Assembly (NCBI GenBank): GCA_012295275.1
Contig: CM022672.1
Location: 5,208,001 to 5,272,000, forward strand
Source: Chrysomallon squamiferum
Lineage: Eukaryota; Animalia; Mollusca
DNA: 64,000 nucleotides
Direction of reading: 5' to 3'
Of the stretch, positions 28,444 through 43,760 are shown piece after piece. The notes beneath the pieces are model-generated. The model was not told the origin of the DNA. It saw only the letters and a list, made by a program, of their open reading frames with translations, and searched no databases. The first letter of the stretch is position 1, and each line of letters begins with the position of its first letter. Both the position numbers and the translations under genes were made by a program.

Positions 28444-31034
28444 TTTATGCTATGTTATGATACTAATTCTGTCTGTACGTGATGTGGGTGAATATAAAAA
28501 TAAAAATTGTATTAGCTGTTCCAAGTCATTCTCCGTTTTAGAAATGTTCTTATTATTTTTGATCTCTTTTTTTATTATTCATTATTTTATGCTGTAAATA
28601 AAATCTCTATAAAATTAAACATAAATACATGCTTGAAATATTATTACGTAATTTAAATGAATTACTAACTAAATAGATATATAAAGTTGCTTTTGAAATT
28701 TTTATCCTTAGTTTTATTTGTATAAATTATTATGTTGCTTTCTACTGTATCATATTATATTACATTGCATTATATTATATTATATTATATTATATTATAT
28801 TATATTATATTATATTATATTATATTATATTATACTATATTATATTATTTCATCTTATATTATATTATATTATTTCATATCATATCATATCATACTGCAT
28901 TGCACTGCATTGCGTTGATTTAATTTACATTACTTTTTATTTATTTATTTATTTATTTATCTATTTATTTATTAGTCTTGACACTCTCAAATAATTTAAG
29001 ATAAGAAAGAAGAGCAGGTTATTTGAGTACTAAAACGAGGACGTTATCATTTTTTCCGTTCTGGAAATGAACCTAGCAGAACATCTTCCTGACAATGTCG
29101 TTCACACCACATTATACGCTGACTGACTTTCCTACAAGTGCGTACGTCTAGCGACATGATGAGTAAAAACAGGTGATTTCCAAAGTCTGCTCTCTACTGT
29201 TCACTCTGCAGATAATTAAACTCAATTCAGCAAGGTTATTTTTTATTTTCTTTATGTAATTAATTCTAGTTATTTATTTAATTTTGTTGTTGTTGTACTT
29301 TTGCTACTACTTCTGCGACTACGATCACGATCACTACTACTACTACTACTACTACTACTATTACTACTACTATTATTATTATTACTACTACTACTACTAC
29401 TACTACTATTACTACTACTACTACCACTACTACTATTATTACTGTTACTACCACTACTATTATGACTATACTTTATTTATTTATTTATATATTTATTTAT
29501 TTATTGTTTTTGCCATTTTCGCTGACTTAAAGTAAATACTTTGAATCTGTATGTATGTTTCCACTTCTTTGTATGTCGATTGAATTAACTGATTTAATCA
29601 TGTATTTTGATTACACACAGAAATTACTCTGTATATCAGGACTCTATCGTAAAATATATATTCTGAATGCCAGCCGGAGATCGAGTTGCAGTGAAGAATA
29701 CCTTTCATAGACACAGACTGATCTGCTTTGTTCTTCAAGGATTGATCTGGGATCTCGACTGATAAATAAATATTCTTCTGTTATTCTAACTCGTTTACAG
29801 AGCAAATCCAGAACCAGAAGACATGACCACTGCTGCTCGGGGACCACGTTCAAAATAACAACATCTTCTGAAATATTCTGACTTCTAAATGCATATCCTA
29901 TGACTGTTTTAAAGAAAAACAAACAAAAACGTTAATTTCATGTATCTGTGAATTTTCTTAACCTTTATTGTTTTGTCCGTTTATTTTTGTAGCTATATGT
30001 TTATAAAAAAATAAAAACCCCAACCCCAAAAAAAAAAAAATTGCTATTGTCTTTTCTGGGATTAAGGGATTGAAGAAAAACATAAATTCTAATAATATTG
30101 CGATTTGTTAGGCTGATGTAGATAAAATAGAAATCTTTTTTCGAAATTACTTTCGCTTGTTTTAGATGTTTGTTATGTTTATTTTCTTCAGATAAAATAA
30201 CAGCAGTTAGACAATGATTACGTCATTTCGAGATGATATTTATGAGAAACACATTCCAGTTAAAAGAACTGTTCGGGCGATCAAATATGATGAAATCTGA
30301 AAATGGCTGCTTTTGGGGTCGATTCCTAGTAACTAATAGAAAGGATAGAAGACATTTTGCTTGAAAAATTGTTTCATTTTAATAATTTACTATTAATTCT
30401 AAGTTGTTTTCGCTCTTGTTGTTGTTGTTGTTTTTTTATTATTATTATTATTGGTAGCCTTTGTTCCAGTGATAGTATTAAATCTATAACAGCAACAAAG
30501 CAGTAATGAAGATAATAATAATAACAACAACAATGACAACTACAACAACAACAACAGTAATAATTGTAGCTACCATCAGTATCAACAGCTTCATCTAAAT
30601 CAATATCATCATTTTTTTTTTTTTAAATCCTACATATTTTTTTTTTTTATTTATTTATTTATTATTAATTTTTTTAAATCTACGCAAATAAACACATGGT
30701 AAACATGCAGTCCAGGAATGATTCAGTCATAATGTTATGTTTTCTTACGACATGACGGAGGTTGTCCTTGTTTTCACTGGTCTAAAAAATAACAAATAAA
30801 ACGTAAACGAATATGTTTAATATATATATATATATATGTATTTCGTAAAAATATTATTATCATATCTTCCCGATTCGGTGATAAAATGCGGTTCACTTTT
30901 ATACTCTCCCAGGAATAGACCAGCGACCAGTGTATTGAAGGGAATGATTTCACTTCACAAAAGCCTTTGTTTTTTGGACAGTTTTAAAAGACTTGCATTA
31001 TTTTTTTGAGTCTCATGGCACTAATCCGAGTTTC

Positions 31035-31096
31035 TTGAGCAATCACTGGGGACTTTCCCCAAACTGTGCATCCTCCATCTTTGTCACGTGACGTCA
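31035..31096. promoter_or_regulatory. Candidate enhancer: C/EBP-like, NF-kB and E-box/CRE composite
   Basis: TTGAGCAAT; GGGGACTTTCCCC 31048-31060; GTCACGTGAC overlapping TGACGTCA 31083-31096. Confidence 0.5.
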
Positions 31097-31257
31097 GAGC
31101 ACGCGCCAGAAGTCGTCTGTCAAATGTCGAAACCGGTGGAAAATTATCCGGTTTTATTCATCAGATGAAAAATAAAAAATAATAAAAATAATAAAAAAAA
31201 AATTAATTGAAGAAATGCTGGTCTTTTTTCATCGCCTTTAACTATGATAATAATAAT

Positions 31258-31322
<65 letters not shown>

Positions 31323-32917
31323 GAAGAAGAAGAAGAATATAACACCAACAACAACAGCAACAATTGTAATATTTTTTTTTTTTTAAAAAAGATCGATATA
31401 TTTATATAGTCAGGTCAGGTTTTAAAAGTGAAAGAAAAAATAAGTAGCAAAATATCAAAAAACAAAAAAAACAGAAATTATTTTAAAAATAAATGCAGAG
31501 TTATGTGTGCCCACGACAGATATATCTGAATTATGATCAGTTGTTTATATCCAAAGAAAAATAAAGTACATGTAATTTAATATAAAAAATAAAAAAGGAA
31601 TTTAAAAGATCAGATAAATTCTTGTGCCATTTCGATCATTTATTTGCATTTTAAAAATAAATCTAAACGCTTATAATTAATTACATATACTGTTGTTAAT
31701 TTGGAAAAAAAAGTAAATCATATACATAACTGGTAATATTTAGTAATGAAATAAAAAAATAATCTTCTGAAAAAAAAAAAAAAAAAAAATCAAGAACTGT
31801 AGATCAGTAGACAGACAGAAATCGATCTGTCGGTCCATTTATAGACACTCAGACAGACACTTGTAATTTGAAACCCGTTCTTCACATTTACCAAAATCTG
31901 CTGAACACTCATACATAACACTGACTTCAGCATTCTCACATAATGTATGCAAAAAAAGAATACAATTTAAAAATACGTATATATATTTTCGAACCCTGGT
32001 TATATCAAAACCGCGGATAACCAAACCCCACAATGATTATATAGATATTTTCGTAGATATTTACCTACACACTGACAGATAGATTACAAGTAATTAAAAA
32101 TAACGTACAGACAAAATCAGACGTATTTACAGACAGTCAGACTGAAGGTGAAATATACACAGTTTCACTCAGAAAATTTCATACGACCAGAAATCTATAA
32201 TTTTACTCATCAGTTCTTCTTTTTTTTTTTTTCCTCTTTTTTTTCTTTTTTCTTTTTCCTCCTTCTTTTCTGTTTTCTTCATCGTCTTGTGTTACAAGAG
32301 AGATGTGTGTGTGATCTTCTGGAAAACAGAGAAAACACAATTAACTAAACAACTTCATTAACATTCAAAGCAATGACCTTCCAGTGCTAAAAAGGATCAA
32401 ATTATTTTCCTCGAGCAATCAGCAAACATAAGGACAAAACCCCTTAATTGTTGAAGGCAAACATCCAAGCGACAGATTTATTGAAAAACACTCAGGCAGT
32501 TCTGCCCTGAATACAGATGTGTGGCCTAGTTGGGATTTCTGGTAAAACGCAGAGAAGAAACAGGAATTGTGTGAAGTTCGTGTGTGTTAATAATCTTCAT
32601 ATTTCTGTTTGTGAATCGGACGTTAATATAGCGAGCGAAAAAAAAAATAGATATAATAATAAAATAAAATAAAATAAAATTGAATAAAAAATGGACGTTT
32701 TGAGTTTTATTTTAATTAATTAATTAATTTAATTTTTTGTTTATTATTATTATGTTGTTATTATTTGTATTACACTTGCTGTTGTTGTTTTCGGCATGGT
32801 TGTTGTGGTTGTAATTATTGTTGTTGTTGATTTTAGTGGCTCTAGTCCTCATTACTATAATTTCTATTAACTTTTATTATTAACATTATATATATTAAAA
32901 ATCCACTGCATTAAAAG

Positions 32918-32948
<31 letters not shown>

Positions 32949-32971
32949 TGTGTGTGTGTGTGTGTTGAGTT

Positions 32972-33018
<47 letters not shown>

Positions 33019-33329
33019 TCTTAATTTAGTGGTTGTATATCATGACTGAAAACTACGATCAGTCACATATTAACATATTTCTTTAAAAACAATACAATTT
33101 TCCAGTAGTGACTATTTCTTTTTTATATATAACTTATAAATGAATTGATTAACTCTTTGTAAGATAACAAAAATAAAAAAAGGGATTGCAATACGAAAAG
33201 CAAAATAATAAATGTTATTTTCATAATAAATTAAATGTAAGTTTTGGTTAAGTTACACTTAGGTCTGTTATTCTTATACCGGACTATTCCAGCTTATTAT
33301 ATATATTTTTGTTGATATCTGTGCATCTG

Positions 33330-33507
<178 letters not shown>

Positions 33508-35085
33508 AAGCAGAGTGAGTACAAAATATATAAACATGAAAACAATATATTACATACACAAAACTAAGTAAAAATATATCTCCTTAATATATTGTCCACA
33601 TAATTTATAGGCAATAAATGTTTTTCTTTCAATTTGCTATATGTATTACATAAGAACTATTTTATTTGTAATAATAATAATAATAATAACAACAGCAACA
33701 ACAACAACAATTCATTTTTGAAATTTAAGTTTGAGTAATTTACTTCTTCAAAGTCATGTCTTAATCACTTCACAATAATCATATTTTTTGAAACGCAACA
33801 GAAATAATAAAATCTAAAATCTTCAGTATTTTAGCTGTACGAAAATATTAAGCAAAACCATTTTATTTTAAAAAGTAACATTGTGTAAATATTCATGTTG
33901 TCGAATAATACCAGTAAAATAAAACAAATATGAAGAGAACGTTAACAATAGAAAGTAAGAACTATTTTAATATCAAAAATCCAGAAAACAAACAAATAAA
34001 ATAATAATAGTAATAATAATAATAAAACTGTAATAAAGTATCAGTAAACGATCGCGTCCTTCTGCTTTTCAATTCTCGGACCATTCTCGTTTATTAAATA
34101 TTACACGGGGTTTTAAACACAAGTGCAGATTAGCAGGGGCCAATGGCTACAAAAACACGTAAAAGCGATCGTTTCCTAATCCAAAGGCCAACACCGTTAA
34201 GATGGTAGTAATTATTAGCAATCAAAGATGACAGTTATTATTTTGTTCTCCGGGATGAAGACTGGAGAAAAGTCAGCTATCTTTGAGTTATTATCGAATC
34301 TAACAGCTGGCCTTTGAGCCCAGCAATTTATCTACGTCGAAGATTATGCACCATTTATGTATCATAAAGCTGTATGGAAATGGAAAATTCGGCATATGCC
34401 GCCCTGGGGACCAGCAATAACGTAAAATTGATGCATATTCATATACAGAAACGTTGGCTTCGCTGGCAGTATGCAGCATGAAAGAAAAATGGGTCTTCTT
34501 TGCTTCTTGTAGCTCCGTCGGAAACAGAGGTCTCTCGGGTACTTTTTTACAATCTCTTCGCAATAACAAAATTTATTACAAACTTTGATGTCCCTGCCTA
34601 ATGGGTTGGCACAAAGTTTTGACCTGTGTATGACGAATGTTTTGCAGTGTAAATGTATTTGGCGTTATCCTCCGTGAGCGTGTTTTCTTTGAAAGCAAAT
34701 TGTAATTTCAAGTGTTCTGGACCGACGATATTCATTTGCAAAACGAGGGGGGATAATTCCGCTAATGACTTGGCGCCTATGTGAATTCCCATGATACTCT
34801 GCGCCATGCGTCTTCCCCATTTGAAAATTCATGTAATGGATCAAAAATGGTGGATTCTATTTTCCTCTTCGAATGATTTATAGTCCGGCTGTCAAGCAAA
34901 GAAAAAGTCCAAATTCGTCTAACATCATTTAATTTTACGCACACTGCCCACCAGGCTAGCAAATTTGGTTTTCTTTAAGCTGTGGAATAGTGGTTGATGT
35001 ATCAACAGCGCGCCGTACCCCACGAGATACTTGAGATGGGCTGATCGAATTAACTAATATTACCGGCAGGTCCCGTGAAAATATT

Positions 35086-35120
<35 letters not shown>

Positions 35121-35324
35121 CTCTTTCGAAAATATCAAGCATTTTAGACAGGTCAGTAATATTGAAATTAAAAATAAAGAATCAAAAACACCACAGTGTG
35201 TATTGCTCTGATTCACGAAAATGTTAGCCCCCGTTTTGAATAGACACCATTAGCATACAGTGGCAAAAGCGTTTATTATTATGATTATTAATTGTCATTA
35301 TTATTATTATTAGTAGTAGTAGTA

Positions 35325-35356
<32 letters not shown>

Positions 35357-36935
35357 TTGTTGTTGTTGTTTCTGTTGCTGCTGCTTTTATATTTTCAGAC
35401 ATTATTATTATTACTATTCTGACTGCTACTATTACTACTACTACTACAACTATTATCATTACTACTGCTACTACTACTACAACTACTGCTGCTGCTGTTT
35501 TTCTACTATTACTACTACTACTTCTGCTTTTACTTCTACTACTACTACTGCGACTGCTGTCACTACTACTACAGCTTTTATTTATACTACGATTACTATC
35601 ACTACTCCTACTTCAGTTTTTACTTATACTATTACTACTACTACTAGTACCTCTGATCCTGCTTTTACTTCTACAACTACTACTACGACCATTACTACTT
35701 TAATTATTGTTATTATTTTTAATATTCTCGTCTTTATTTTATTTTCATTTTAGTTTAATGTTGAATGTTAACAGCAACAACAAATAAACAACAATAAAAA
35801 GAAGAATACTGGATCTATTTTACATTTGATCCAGTTTTGAACGAATCTTTAATAGACTTTTATGGTCTTACATTCAACGAGTCATACATTTTTGTTTCAT
35901 TTTCTAAAACAATTAAGGAATTCATTTTACAATTAAGGAAGTTTTATGTTTCTTAGAGTTATATACATCAAAACTACGGCTTATTTAAAGATCCTGAATT
36001 ATTATTATTTAAAATATTTAAAAGAAATCTTATAATTTTAAGCCATTTCCCACTTTATTTTACTTTGTTTTCAAAAGTCATCTGTTTCTAAAATTTTACA
36101 TTTTTGTCCATCATCTTTGTCTATTTTTTATTTTATTTTATTTTATTTTATTTTATTTTATTTTATTTTATTATTATTTTTAAAAAAATCTTTGAGCCAG
36201 TTCTGAAATTATTTAACCGTTGGGTTTATTTCACTTATTTTTTTTTTTTTTTTTTTTTTTTAACAGGTTTCTCCCGATTAATATTAAAGATTAATTACTG
36301 CCTAATGTAATTTAAAAATAAATTTAAAGAAACGTTTATACTTTTAAATCACATATTTACTTTTTACATCCTTTACATCTTTATTTAACATTATTTAACA
36401 TTTGCCTACATTTTAAAGATCGTAAAGCTACAAGATTTTAAAGATTGTTATCAACTACTTCTTGTAGAAAATATTCTAAAAAAATATTCAAGTTGTTATT
36501 ATAAAATTGATATTGTTTTGATTTTACGCCATTTTCATTAATATTTAAACTGTTATTTCATCGATAACAAAATTATATTTTAAAGACTAATATCGACTAT
36601 TATTCTTATAAACATATATGTTTTTTGAATATACAGGTTAACATTATTTATAAATACTGTTTTAATTTTAAGGCAATTACAATTTTATTTTACAATTACT
36701 TATCTGTTTCTTATGAAAATTATTGCACTGACAATAAAACGACAATGTTTTAACGATTATTACCAGCTATTAATATTAGAAAATATATATTTTTAAATAT
36801 ACATACTTCAGTCATTTATATATAGAAGTCTAATTTTTAAAATTACTCATCCATTACTTATATTCCAATTTTTAAAAAAAGAAAAAAAAAAGTCTTTAAA
36901 AAAAAATTAAAAAAAAACTTGTTACCTACAACTGT

Positions 36936-36966
<31 letters not shown>

Positions 36967-38110
36967 TATTTCAAACAAAATATCATTCATTCATTCATCA
37001 CAGCAGTGACCTCATCACGGTGACAGGCATATAAAGTTCATATTTCGCTACCTCAGATGCGACTTTTTTCCCCCATCACACAACGTTTATTACGGTTTAA
37101 TTAATCACCTAAGCCCACCTCTGACTTCCTGCCTTATTATTTTATACGCTCAGCCGTCCCGATATCATTGCGATGTCATATCCGATGACCAGCGGAGCCG
37201 AGCGGGCCGTGCGCAATCGTCACAGACAAAACAAGCGGCGCTAATTAGGCGGGAACTGGCCGGCAAGACACACCTGCTCTGCAAGCAGACGAGAGCGGAT
37301 GATTGACGTGATTACAGGGATCAGACTGACAAATGCGTACTTTTCACGATCAAACTGCAGCTTTTGATTTAGTGATAATTAACGGCGACAATACGATCTT
37401 CAGCGGTAGTTTTGATGAATTAGGGGGATTTAAAAAAAAAAAATAATAAAAAAAAAAATTATCGTCTGTTTCGTTAAAATAAATGGAAAAAAAAAATAAC
37501 TAACAAACAAATAAATAAAAAATGAAGAAGAAGAGAAGAGGATTATATCTTCTAGGTTTAACTGGACAGTAATTTATTCAAAATTATTTAATTTAATTTA
37601 ATTTAATTTTATTTTATTTTATTTTATTTTATTTTATTTTATTTTATTTTATTTATTTTATTTTATTTCATTTCATTTATTTACTTTACTTTATTTTGTG
37701 ACAATAACACCATCAAATTGAAATATGTCAGTAACCCTTTTACCTCTAAAAAAAAAAAAAAAAAATAATAATAATAAAATAATATAATCAAATTTGATTT
37801 AATAATGTGTAGTAATTTAATTGTAAATGTACTCTTCAAAATACATTTAACTTGTAATAAGAAATAAAATAAAATTAAAAAATTGAAAATCACTGGCGAA
37901 GTATTATTATACTGAAACTGAAATTTGTGAATTAACTCCCAGGCAACCATTTTTAAAAAGCTGTCTATTGTTCGTTATTTTAATTCCTTGTTCACCATTT
38001 TCATCACGGCTATTATCATCATCGTCATATTTATTACTACTACTATTACTACTCCTTTCACTATTGCAGCTTCTATTACTTCTAGATCTACTATTACCAC
38101 TACTACTAGT

Positions 38111-38336
38111 ACTACATTCCTATTACTACTACTGTTACCACTACTACATTCCTATTACTACTACTGTTACCACTACTACATTCCTATTACTACTACTGTT
38201 ACCACTACTACATTCCTATTACTACTACTGTTACCACTACTACATTCCTATTACTACTACTGTTACCACTACTACATTCCTATTACTACTACTGTTACCA
38301 CTACTACTATTACTACATTCCTATTACTACTACTGT
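38111..38336 (+). repeat. 32-bp minisatellite (ACTACATTCCTATTACTACTACTGTTACCACT), ~7 copies
   Basis: Tandem copies; explains the three-frame repeating pseudo-ORFs at 37968/37988. Confidence 0.9.
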
Positions 38337-39137
38337 TATCAGTATCATCATCTTTGCCGTGGTCACCATCATCATCATCATCATCGTCACTGTTATTGAT
38401 GATAATGGTGACAGTTTTAATATGATGAAAATAATCATTTTCGTTTTGGACACAATTTGCTGTAAATGCAAGTGATTAATTATTATTATTATTATTATTA
38501 TTATTATAATTATTATTATTATTATTATTATTTATTAATTTATTTATTAATTTATTTATTTATTTATTTATTATTTATTTATTTATTTTTTATTTATTTA
38601 TTTATTTATTTATTTATTCGTGATATAATTATACATTTTATGATATAACCAAACAAGTAACTAATGAAAAGTCAAATGATAAGAGAATAAAGAAATGTTT
38701 TATGTCATGAAGGATTCAAGACATTTTTAATCTTCGATTATAATTATTATGTCACATCTTTTGTCACATCCTTATTATTTAGCAATGCTGAAAGCCATAA
38801 AAACATTTATATTTAAACAGTAAGTAATGAAGAAATGAAAGAAGACATGATATTAATATGTTGAATTAATGAATTGTGAATAAATTAATAATAAGCATGT
38901 AATGAATGAATGAATGGATAAATAAAATAAAATAAAATAAAATAAAATAAATAAATAAATAAACAAATGAATAAATATAAAAATAACAAAGATTAATATA
39001 TAAATGCTAATAATGATGACTTTAACATTTTGAGGGTTCTAACTATGTACATACATAGAGAGACACGCACGCACATATAATTGCGTACGTACACGAATAC
39101 ACACACACACACACATATAATATATATATATTTACAC

Positions 39138-39246
<109 letters not shown>

Positions 39247-41127
39247 GACAATTTATTTATATTACAGCAGTAATGTCAAACAGAGCCGCTGTCGTTAAAT
39301 ATAAGTATGTAAATATTTACAAAGCACACAACACAGCGGGTTTATGTGACATTGTAATTATAATGATATAACATCGACACAGTCAGAATAGCAGTAGCAA
39401 CTGTTATTGGAATAATACGTGTTAATTAAATTAGATAGAATCTTTTTTTTTTTTTTTTTTAAATCAAACAAAATATTCTCTGATGACCAAAATTGTGACT
39501 ACTGGATGATCGGACGATCCATATCGCTGTAACAACTTCAAAGTTTGTTATTAAGTTTAAACAACTGTAATTCAATTCTACGCCGAGAGATGGCGCTAGA
39601 GCGTTATCTAATTGGAATAAAATAGACGCAATAAAGATTTTATTTTTCCGTATAATGTAACAGTTGGCGACAGTCGTTTGTTAACGTTTTCATTTAACAA
39701 AGAAACATGCGAATTAATAACAGTAATGATGATGATGATGATGACGACGACGATAACAGCAGTAATGGCTATATCAGCAGCAACATTATTATCATTATCA
39801 TAAACAATTAAAAACAATAATAACAACAACAACAAAACAACTACAACAACAACAATAATAATAATATTAGTAAAGAGTAGAATGGTATTTTATAAATTAA
39901 ATTTAAGAAATAAAATTTATGAGTTTATTTATTTATTCTAAATATCATTCATTTTTTTGTCAGATTAAATATTTGAGAAATATATATATTTTATTTTTAC
40001 ACATACACAAATACTTCTGCTACTATTACTGCTATTACTGCTGCTACTACTAACTGTTACTACTACTACTACTACTATAACCACTGTTATTATTACTACT
40101 ACTACTATTATATTGATGTTGTTGTGGTTATTATTGTCATTATGTTTGTTATTACTATTAAAATTACAGATATATGTCTGAATAAAATTTAGTTATACTG
40201 GATATAATAACACATTATATATGTACGTGCATACAATCTCAGTGAGCGCGTCTATACACGTACACACTTGAAACAAATTAATGAAATACAGAAATTGTAT
40301 ACATAAACTGAGTACAAAACGCTGTGACGTTAAGTATCATTTGTGACGCGAAGAGTCATTACTGAAATATCCGTAACGGGACTTACTGGCCAGACTTTAT
40401 AGCACGTTTTTACAACATCTCTAATCTTAGCGACGGTACTTTACTAATTTCCCCTTCAATCATAAACATTATCGTAAAGAAAATCACACCTTTAGGACAC
40501 CCGAACCTGAAATTTACCACCGCAGGACCGCAGTAAATCATAAACTCTTCAGTGATTCGTCAGAACTTTTTCAGCTTTACGGGAATCCTGCTTGGACGTT
40601 TTTGCGAACTCGGAGAATATTTCTGTCTAATTGTTTGTGCATTATACGATCGTGCACGGGATCGAGTTCGGCTGTCGTGTACGGCTGTTATTTAAACAAA
40701 GCTGTTAAGAATATGTTCCCCATGAGTGTAGTTTAACAGTTCGCTATTTCCTGGGCCAATAAGATGTTTATCTCTAATGTCGGGTTTAGACCGTTACACA
40801 AAAGAATCGAATGGCAATAAATTATTGTAGATGCGAGGTGCAGTTGGTTTGGTAAAAAGAAAAAAAAAAAAGAAAAAAAAAAAAGAACAGTTTTTCTTTT
40901 AATGTTCGGTTTGATAACAGAATGTAGCAGAACATTGTAAGCCACGGTGAATGATGACGATAACGATGATGTCGCTGATAACGGTGAAAAAAAAATTAAA
41001 AACATAATTTTAAAAGGAAAGATAATTGTTTTGTTGTTTTTTTTGATAGAAAATTAAAAATTAATTTCACTGTTTGATCCAGAATATTAAAATAGACAGG
41101 ATGACGATGATGATGATGATGATGATG

Positions 41128-41160
<33 letters not shown>

Positions 41161-41830
41161 TCAACAATAATAATAACAACAATAACAAAAATAATAATTA
41201 AAAAGACACTAAAAGAAAGCCAAGCAAACAAACAAATAAATAAATTATTTGTTACTCAAAAACAGAACTGACCAAAATCCATTGTTTCTAGTTTATTTTA
41301 AACATTAAATATCATATTTATACCATATCAATACAAATATTAAATTTAATAGAGAAAACAGAAATAAAGTGGATTTGTAATATTTAACAAAACCCCATAA
41401 AAACAACTTTAATTTATTTTTCCTTTTTAAATTTAATTCTTAATAGATATATGTGCACTTACATGCAAACTCGTTATAATAAAACCTGGTATTTCTAAAT
41501 TAATTTTTCTATCTGAACTCTCTATGACTATAAAGCAGATGCGTATAAATAATATAAAAATAAATAAACAAATAATATACATAAATGCATACATAATATT
41601 AACAATAATAATAATAATAATAGTAATAAGAATAATAATAATAACAGTCGTAGTAATGGTAGTTGTAGTAGAAATAATAATAGTTGTAATAGTAATTATA
41701 ATAATAATATAAGAGTAGTAGTAGTAGATAGATAAAATATATTTATAAAATAAACAATATACGTAGCGATGGATCTATGTGTTATATGGAAAGATATGAT
41801 ATGATGTGGTCGTATGGCATGACACTGCTT

Positions 41831-42030
41831 AGTATGATAGTATGATATAGTATGATAGTATGATATAGTATGATAGTATGATAGTATGATATAGTATGAT
41901 AGTATGATATAGTATGATATAGTATAGTATGATAGTATGATAGTATGATATAGTATGATAGTATGATATAGTATGATATAGTATGATAGTATGATATAGT
42001 ATGATAGTATGATAGTATGATATAGTATGA
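41831..42030 (+). repeat. AGTATGAT/AGTATGATAT mixed-unit tandem repeat
   Basis: Direct observation. Confidence 0.9.
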
Positions 42031-43644
42031 CATAGCATGTCACAGCACGGCATAATTTGGTATGGAATGGTATGGTATATGTATGTTCGCATACATGTGT
42101 GAGTTTGTGTTTGCATTGGTAAGTATATCTGTATTCATTTGAAGCTTATATTACACGATGTTTTGATATAGGTAAACATGAACGCAACTGGGTGTACATA
42201 AAAAAAAAAAAAATAAAAAAAAAAAAAAAAAACCTTAACCAAGACACCCAGAGAGAAACGCGAAAATAAAAAATGTCACCGTTTTATTGTGATCGAGGTT
42301 TTGTGGGCGCGTATCTGTTTTGCTTTTCCCATGTCTAAGCGGAGACAGTAATTACCATCTCAGACACGAAATTAGAGCCAACTGCGTGAGAAAAAAAAAA
42401 AACAATTAGCAGAAGATGGTCAAACTTTCCCAAAGATGCGCGTAAACCCCACACAACGACGACTTCTCGCGAGTCTGACCTTCCAACACGATGGTCACAG
42501 TTCATTAAATTACTTCCTCGAAAGCAGGTACAAATTGAAGATAATTGTCACCAGAGATGACACGACTTGGAGCTGTAATCGAGTTAGGCGCAATCTCCAG
42601 CGTACACCCATCTGAGTTTTCCCTTTCCACGTGTCAAGGTGGTGTAAAAAATTTCGCGAGTTCTCAACGAATTTTGACTCCTTTGGCGACCTCTTCCCGA
42701 CGAAAGGAATCTCTGAGGGTTTGAGCCGAGTTCGCAGTGATAGTTCATCATTTCTAAATAAGTCCCTCGTCCTGTCTCCCCCATCCGAACATTTTCTTAA
42801 CTCGACAGACAGAGGGAAAACGAGATCGAAATCTGAAAATTTCGAAGAGTTTTGAAATCAAGAGCTAATAAGAGAAAAGTGTAAAGTAAAATAAAGTATT
42901 GTTAAGAATATCAATGATGTCATTAATATCTTGTGACTTCCGGTTTGGGCGAGGAAATGAATTTTAAAAAATAAAAAAATAAAAAGAAATGGATAAAGAT
43001 AAATTTGTCGAAGAATTTTGACGCAAAGTAAGTGAGGAAAGATAATTATAACAAAATCAGAAGATATATGAAATAAAAATATTCGTCATACACAAAAAAT
43101 ATTTTTTTAAATTAAATTTAAATACAGGAATTACAAATATCAGTTATCTAAATAATTTTCTCGTCCAGAAATTGACAATAACAATGAGAAATTACCAATG
43201 CATGATGAACATTCACTCAGTATTAAATTTGTATAATTTCTCCAGATACATAACATGTATATATGTATGTATTATCTTCATCTGAATCCTCTTTAACAAC
43301 GGAACATGCAAAAACAGTGAACGAGTCTTTTATCTCAGCTTTCTAAACTCCACCAGAATCAAAGATTTATACACTCATATGTAAACAACAACTTCTTCGA
43401 AATGCACAGAGGTTTCAGTAAGTTACCCCCAGGGTCGGTCTTAAGATATTTAGCACCCCGGGCATTTTAATATCGACGCCCTTGTTAACTGGTGTGGAAA
43501 TTTTCCTTGTTAATTCTTTTTTCACACTTTGATCCAATAACACCAAAAATTAACATTAATCAGATTGTCGACAATTTGACTGGACTCAAGGAATTTTCAC
43601 ATTTTATTTTATTTTATTTTATAATTTTGTTTGATTTTGTTTGT

Positions 43645-43687
<43 letters not shown>

Positions 43688-43709
43688 TTAAATATTATTA
43701 TTATTATTA

Positions 43710-43760
<51 letters not shown>

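Noticed and set aside
34300-34962. Three neighbouring minus-strand ORFs as a fragmented gene
   Set aside because: No recognisable motifs, different frames, no supporting splice sites; kept only as a non-coding island.
39480-39525. CTGATGA hammerhead-core-like word
   Set aside because: No GAAA after stem II and no consistent three-stem fold.
43430-43483. CAGGGTCGGTCTTAAG...GCACCCCGGGC MITE-like left end; similarly pogo-like words at 31990-32030
   Set aside because: No matching second terminus or target-site duplication visible; cannot be supported without a repeat library.
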